The position numbers and the translations under genes are program-made. From Leptospiraceae bacterium (lineage in GTDB: Bacteria > Spirochaetota > Leptospiria > Leptospirales > Leptonemataceae): 64,000 bases of DNA. The notes beneath the pieces were generated by a model, which had not been told where the DNA came from, searched no databases, and worked only from the letters and a program-made list of their open reading frames with translations. Positions 60,531 through 64,000 of the stretch are shown one piece after another. The DNA is taken from positions 32,001 through 96,000 of the forward strand of contig JAVJNR010000007.1 of assembly GCA_040217195.1 (NCBI GenBank), read 5' to 3'. Every line of letters begins with the position of its first letter. The stretch's first letter is position 1.

Positions 60531-60983
60531 ATGTCGGTTCAGGAAAAGAAAATATTGTCCAGCATCCCATTAAAAAGGTTGCCCTATTCCATTCAACAAA
60601 AGGTGTCCTGGTCTGACCTGGATGCATTTGCCCATGTGAATCATACCAAATATCCAGTGTATTTCGAAAATGCTCGTACAGAATTCTTCAGTGAAAGGGA
60701 TGTCTGGAACACTCAGCAGATCGCGCCTACCGGTCCTGTGGTTCATGAATTGGCGGTACAGTTTCGAAGCCAGGTTCGTTTTCCGGCCACTCTTGAGGTC
60801 ACCATAGGAATCAGCAAACTGGGAAGCCGAAAGTTTGAAATGATATGCACAATGTGGAATGAAAACGATTGCGTCTGCACAGCCCATGGAGAATTTCTGT
60901 GGATTCATTTCGAAAGAGGAATTCCAGTGCGGCTGCCGGCCCGGCTAATTGATGCTCTGAAACCCTTCGCTGTGGATTTTTAA
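60531..60983 (+). CDS. Acyl-CoA thioesterase (4HBT/YbgC hot-dog fold)
   Basis: WSDLDAFAHVNHTKYPVYFENAR. Confidence 0.9.
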   Translation: MSVQEKKILSSIPLKRLPYSIQQKVSWSDLDAFAHVNHTKYPVYFENARTEFFSERDVWNTQQIAPTGPVVHELAVQFRSQVRFPATLEVTIGISKLGSRKFEMICTMWNENDCVCTAHGEFLWIHFERGIPVRLPARLIDALKPFAVDF

Positions 60984-61009
60984 TTCCAGGCCTTTTTCCA
61001 GGAAGACTC

Positions 61010-62407
61010 ATGCACCATTACAAAGTTCTAATTCATTATCGATTTCGCAGCGTACTGTTTGTAGGTCTCTGTTTGATTCAGACAGCAGGATGCGATGTAT
61101 GGGGCGGGCCATCCTACACAGTAATCGTAGATCCGGGCCATGGCGGGGCTCCAACAGCGGGCTACGATGACAAATGGGATCCAGTAACTGAGAAATATCT
61201 AAGCCCCTATCTGTACGGAATGCGGTACGGCAAATACGAAGAGCATAAAGTGATGCTGGACCTGGCCCGCAGGGTTCATTACTATCTTCAACTAACGGAA
61301 AGCGAAAAAGGCTGGGAGGAGTTTCAGGGAATTCTCAGACAGTTTTCCGACCAGAAAGAGTTCACGAGAGTGCGATTCCAATCCGTGATGAGCCGCGAAG
61401 AAGGCTGGGAAAAACAGGGTCTGGGAGCAGGACATCCGGATGTGAATGAACCATTCAGGCTCTATGATTTTCCGGATCGAAAAGTCAAAAGCAAAATCAT
61501 TCCCGGCCGTTTATCGTACATCAATTCTCAGAAACCCTATCTGGTGGTTTCTTTACATATGAATCCGGCCGGACCCGGTAATGAAGGCGGCATGGCTGCC
61601 GTTCTGGCTCCGGGCTACAGTACATTTGATCAGCTTCGCAGGATTCATTTGAATAACGAAGATGAGGCACGGTTCGAAGCTCTTCCCTGGTCTGACTACT
61701 GGCTCATCAACCAGGCTGGATGGAATCGAATGGAAATTGCCATCGCAGATACCTGGGTCTATTTCCATGGCTTCTGGGTTAAGAAGAATATGAAAGAACC
61801 ATGGATGGAAAAGAATCGCGGCTTACGCCATAACATGATTCAGTGGAGATACAGAGATCCAAAAGGATGGGTGGAGAAAGCCAGAAAAGGCGGCCCGGGA
61901 CCTTATTCAATGAAATATTCCCAGTTTCGCGCAGAAGGGCCTTTCTGGGATAGAGAAAAAGCGATGCCAGAACACTGGAGAAGAGAAGCCACTGTGCCTG
62001 GAACCTCCATAAAATTCGGAGGGGACAATCACTACGCTTCGAATGAATTGATGCGATTCGTACAGTTTGGTTCCAGAAAGTTGGATGATCGTCTTAACCG
62101 GGAAGGGAAAAAGGCCATTCCAGAAATCGTAGATCCATTTGTGAGTACATACAGCCTTCCCACTCTGGTGAATGCAATCGTTGCCTACCTGGAAATCGGG
62201 CATCTGGACGTTAAGAAGGACCGTCTCTTTATTTTAAACAATAAAGATATAATCGCTCGAAGTCTGGCCGTAGGAGTCTATTCCCTGTTCGCAGGTCTGG
62301 AACTCAAGCCTTACGATGGACCATTCAAACCGGCCAGCAAGCCATTGAACTTCAAGAAATACGAAGAATACGAAAAAGGGAACTATTTCAAACTGGTAAC
62401 CGAGTAA
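61010..62407 (+). CDS. N-acetylmuramoyl-L-alanine amidase (Amidase_3) lipoprotein with large insertions
   Basis: Lipobox TAGC; Zn-site motifs VIVDPGHGG, EEH, VSLHMN, catalytic YLEIG. Confidence 0.8.
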   Translation: MHHYKVLIHYRFRSVLFVGLCLIQTAGCDVWGGPSYTVIVDPGHGGAPTAGYDDKWDPVTEKYLSPYLYGMRYGKYEEHKVMLDLARRVHYYLQLTESEKGWEEFQGILRQFSDQKEFTRVRFQSVMSREEGWEKQGLGAGHPDVNEPFRLYDFPDRKVKSKIIPGRLSYINSQKPYLVVSLHMNPAGPGNEGGMAAVLAPGYSTFDQLRRIHLNNEDEARFEALPWSDYWLINQAGWNRMEIAIADTWVYFHGFWVKKNMKEPWMEKNRGLRHNMIQWRYRDPKGWVEKARKGGPGPYSMKYSQFRAEGPFWDREKAMPEHWRREATVPGTSIKFGGDNHYASNELMRFVQFGSRKLDDRLNREGKKAIPEIVDPFVSTYSLPTLVNAIVAYLEIGHLDVKKDRLFILNNKDIIARSLAVGVYSLFAGLELKPYDGPFKPASKPLNFKKYEEYEKGNYFKLVTE

Positions 62408-62571
62408 AGGGAATGCCCGGATTTGCTTTACCCTGGATTGCAGTCTACGAAGTGCATTTTGATTGAAAGCGGCAACCTTTCAGGATTGGAATACAAATAT
62501 TGTAGCCCGGGGCCCTTCAGGTTATTTCAATTCTTTATCGAAGGCCCGAGGTTCGATCTGGAATTATACCT

Positions 62572-63024
62572 ATGAAAGAATTGGTACGCGGAACCTTTCA
62601 TCTCCGGGCCCTGATCGATTTCACCTGGGCTATGCCTCAGACTTTGCTGGGTCTGCTATATTCAATTGCTTCGCTTCTGGCCGGAGCTTCCGCTCATGGA
62701 ATCCCCGGTCATTGCTGTATTATTTCGAACAACCCATTAATGCCTTCTTACACCGGTGTATCCCTGGGACCCTTTCTTCTGGGTGGTCCGGGCTTTAATT
62801 CCTGGCCGCATGAGTACGGGCATACCTATCAAAGTCGCATCCTGGGACCTCTGTACCTGATCGTAATTGGAATTCCAAGTATACTCAGCGCATCTTTGCG
62901 GCCGGGCAAACATGGCCAGCTTTATACAGAGCGATGGGCCAATTCCATGTTACCGGAGGGGAGTCTGGCTCATCAAATGGAAAGCCTGGCCAGAAAAACT
63001 GGACAACCATCAAAAACGGTCTGA
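62572..63024 (+). CDS. Small membrane-associated HExxH protein
   Basis: TWAMPQTLLG, GVSLGPF, HEYGHTYQSRILGPLYL, YTERWAN. Confidence 0.75.
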   Translation: MKELVRGTFHLRALIDFTWAMPQTLLGLLYSIASLLAGASAHGIPGHCCIISNNPLMPSYTGVSLGPFLLGGPGFNSWPHEYGHTYQSRILGPLYLIVIGIPSILSASLRPGKHGQLYTERWANSMLPEGSLAHQMESLARKTGQPSKTV

Positions 63025-63042
63025 ACTACAGAAAGTCGCTTG

Positions 63043-63067
63043 CAGCCCGGAATTTTTTACCGGGCTG
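63043..63067. terminator. Hairpin between convergent genes
   Basis: cagcccgg...ccgggctg stem. Confidence 0.45.
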
Positions 63068-63183
63068 GTAAAGCCAGGGCAACAGCGTATCTAACGCCCC
63101 TGGTCGGATTTACAACTTCAGCGGCAGGCCATCCAGACAGTAGCTCAACCAGCTAGAGAGAGCATCAGCCGCAAAGAGCAAAT

Positions 63184-63591
63184 CTATTCGTAGATGATCT
63201 CGTAGGTGAGGTCCGCAGTCTTTTTTACCATTGCAGAAACTCCGCAATACTGTTCCTGGGAAAGCTTCACTGCTCGTTCAATCTTTTCTGGATCTGCACC
63301 CTTGCTGAATATGTACTTCATCTTGATGGTCTTGAATACCTTGGGATGTTCATCGGTCTGATCCGCTTCTACCTCGATTCGCATGGAATCCACGTCGATT
63401 CGCATCTTTCTTAGAATTCCAACGATATCCATGGCGGTGCAACCGGCCAGGCCTGATAGTACCGCCTCTTTAGGAGTCTGGGCACTATCATCCCCGCCGG
63501 ACGTCTCATAAGTATCCATTTCCATGGTATGGCCCCGGTCATTGGTGGCCTCCATTTTCATTTTTCCTTTGTAATCCAGGGTTACTTGCAT
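63184..63591 (-). CDS. OsmC/YhfA family protein
   Basis: TPKEAVLSGLAGCTAMD, AVKLSQEQYCGVS (two conserved Cys). Confidence 0.92.
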   Translation of the reverse strand: MQVTLDYKGKMKMEATNDRGHTMEMDTYETSGGDDSAQTPKEAVLSGLAGCTAMDIVGILRKMRIDVDSMRIEVEADQTDEHPKVFKTIKMKYIFSKGADPEKIERAVKLSQEQYCGVSAMVKKTADLTYEIIYE

Positions 63592-63846
63592 GGCCCGAGA
63601 ATCTTTCCCGGCATTCTGCGGTCAACAGCCATCGAATGCGTCCTCAACCTCCAGCGGGCGGATTTCAGGCACGATTTGCGCTCAATCAGAATGCCAGAGC
63701 ATGCAACTGAATGTCCGATTAATACAATCCAGGCTAGCTTCCGATTCCCCAAGTAACGGATGTACCACTGATTTGTTTCCGGATCCGGCTTCTATGCGAA
63801 GTATTTCGTTTTTTTCCAGTATCGAAGCGAATGCCACTTAAACCGG

Positions 63847-63875
63847 TTGACATATAGAAAAATCAGGATTAAATC
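63847..63875 (+). promoter_or_regulatory. Possible sigma70 promoter
   Basis: Perfect TTGACA with a weak -10 (TTAAAT/TAAATC) 16-17 bp downstream. Confidence 0.35.
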
Positions 63876-63925
63876 CTCCCACCCGATTGAAGGCTTTCGA
63901 GCTTTTGAAACCCTGGAGGAAAAGA

Positions 63926-64000
63926 ATGAACAAAGCAGGAATCGCATTAACGATTCTACTGGCTGGCCTGCTGGCAGCCTGTGGCCTAAAATCTGAAGGC
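63926..64000 (+). CDS. Lipoprotein (partial; continues off the right edge)
   Basis: RBS ggagg; MNKAGIALTILLAGLLAACGLKSEG with lipobox LAAC. Confidence 0.8.
   Translation, partial: MNKAGIALTILLAGLLAACGLKSEG

Noticed and set aside
1..64000. CRISPR arrays, prophage, IS elements, defence systems, rRNA/tRNA
   Set aside because: No spaced repeats, transposase, integrase, phage or nuclease motifs, or structural RNA signatures seen by eye; a tRNAscan/cmscan run would be needed to exclude small RNAs.

Overview
Gene-dense chromosomal window from a free-living Leptospiraceae spirochaete. The assignment rests on a LipL21 homologue, LruC-domain lipoproteins, a truA/DUF2225 block flanked by Leptospira-type hypothetical genes, and a Sul-type folP. 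I saw no rRNA, tRNA, CRISPR array, IS, integron or prophage. About 55 CDSs cover signalling (PAS hybrid kinase, Hpt, REC-GGEEF cyclase, REC-PP2C), proteostasis (lon/htrA), envelope functions (lipoproteins, lytic transglycosylase, muramidase, amidase, MBOAT, GT-C, Gld-type and Lol/Mac-type ABC systems, LemA/TPM) and metabolism. Four observations stand out. (1) Three tandem exported proteins at 14.4-18.2 kb, one unrelated in its body, end in the same ungapped ~39-aa tail (T-x5-AY-x6-NGS-x-LW-TM-R), a candidate new C-terminal sorting signal; the two LruC genes also share a structured 5' leader. (2) A translationally coupled pair at 26.6-29.0 kb encodes a tocopherol/sterol-type methyltransferase and an Lcp/MpaB-type haem oxygenase fused to an intact PilZ domain, suggesting c-di-GMP-gated oxidative chemistry. 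(3) A chromosomal Sul-like dihydropteroate synthase. (4) An active/dead pair of C39-peptidase lipoproteins. All family calls come from motif recognition by eye; no database search was run.
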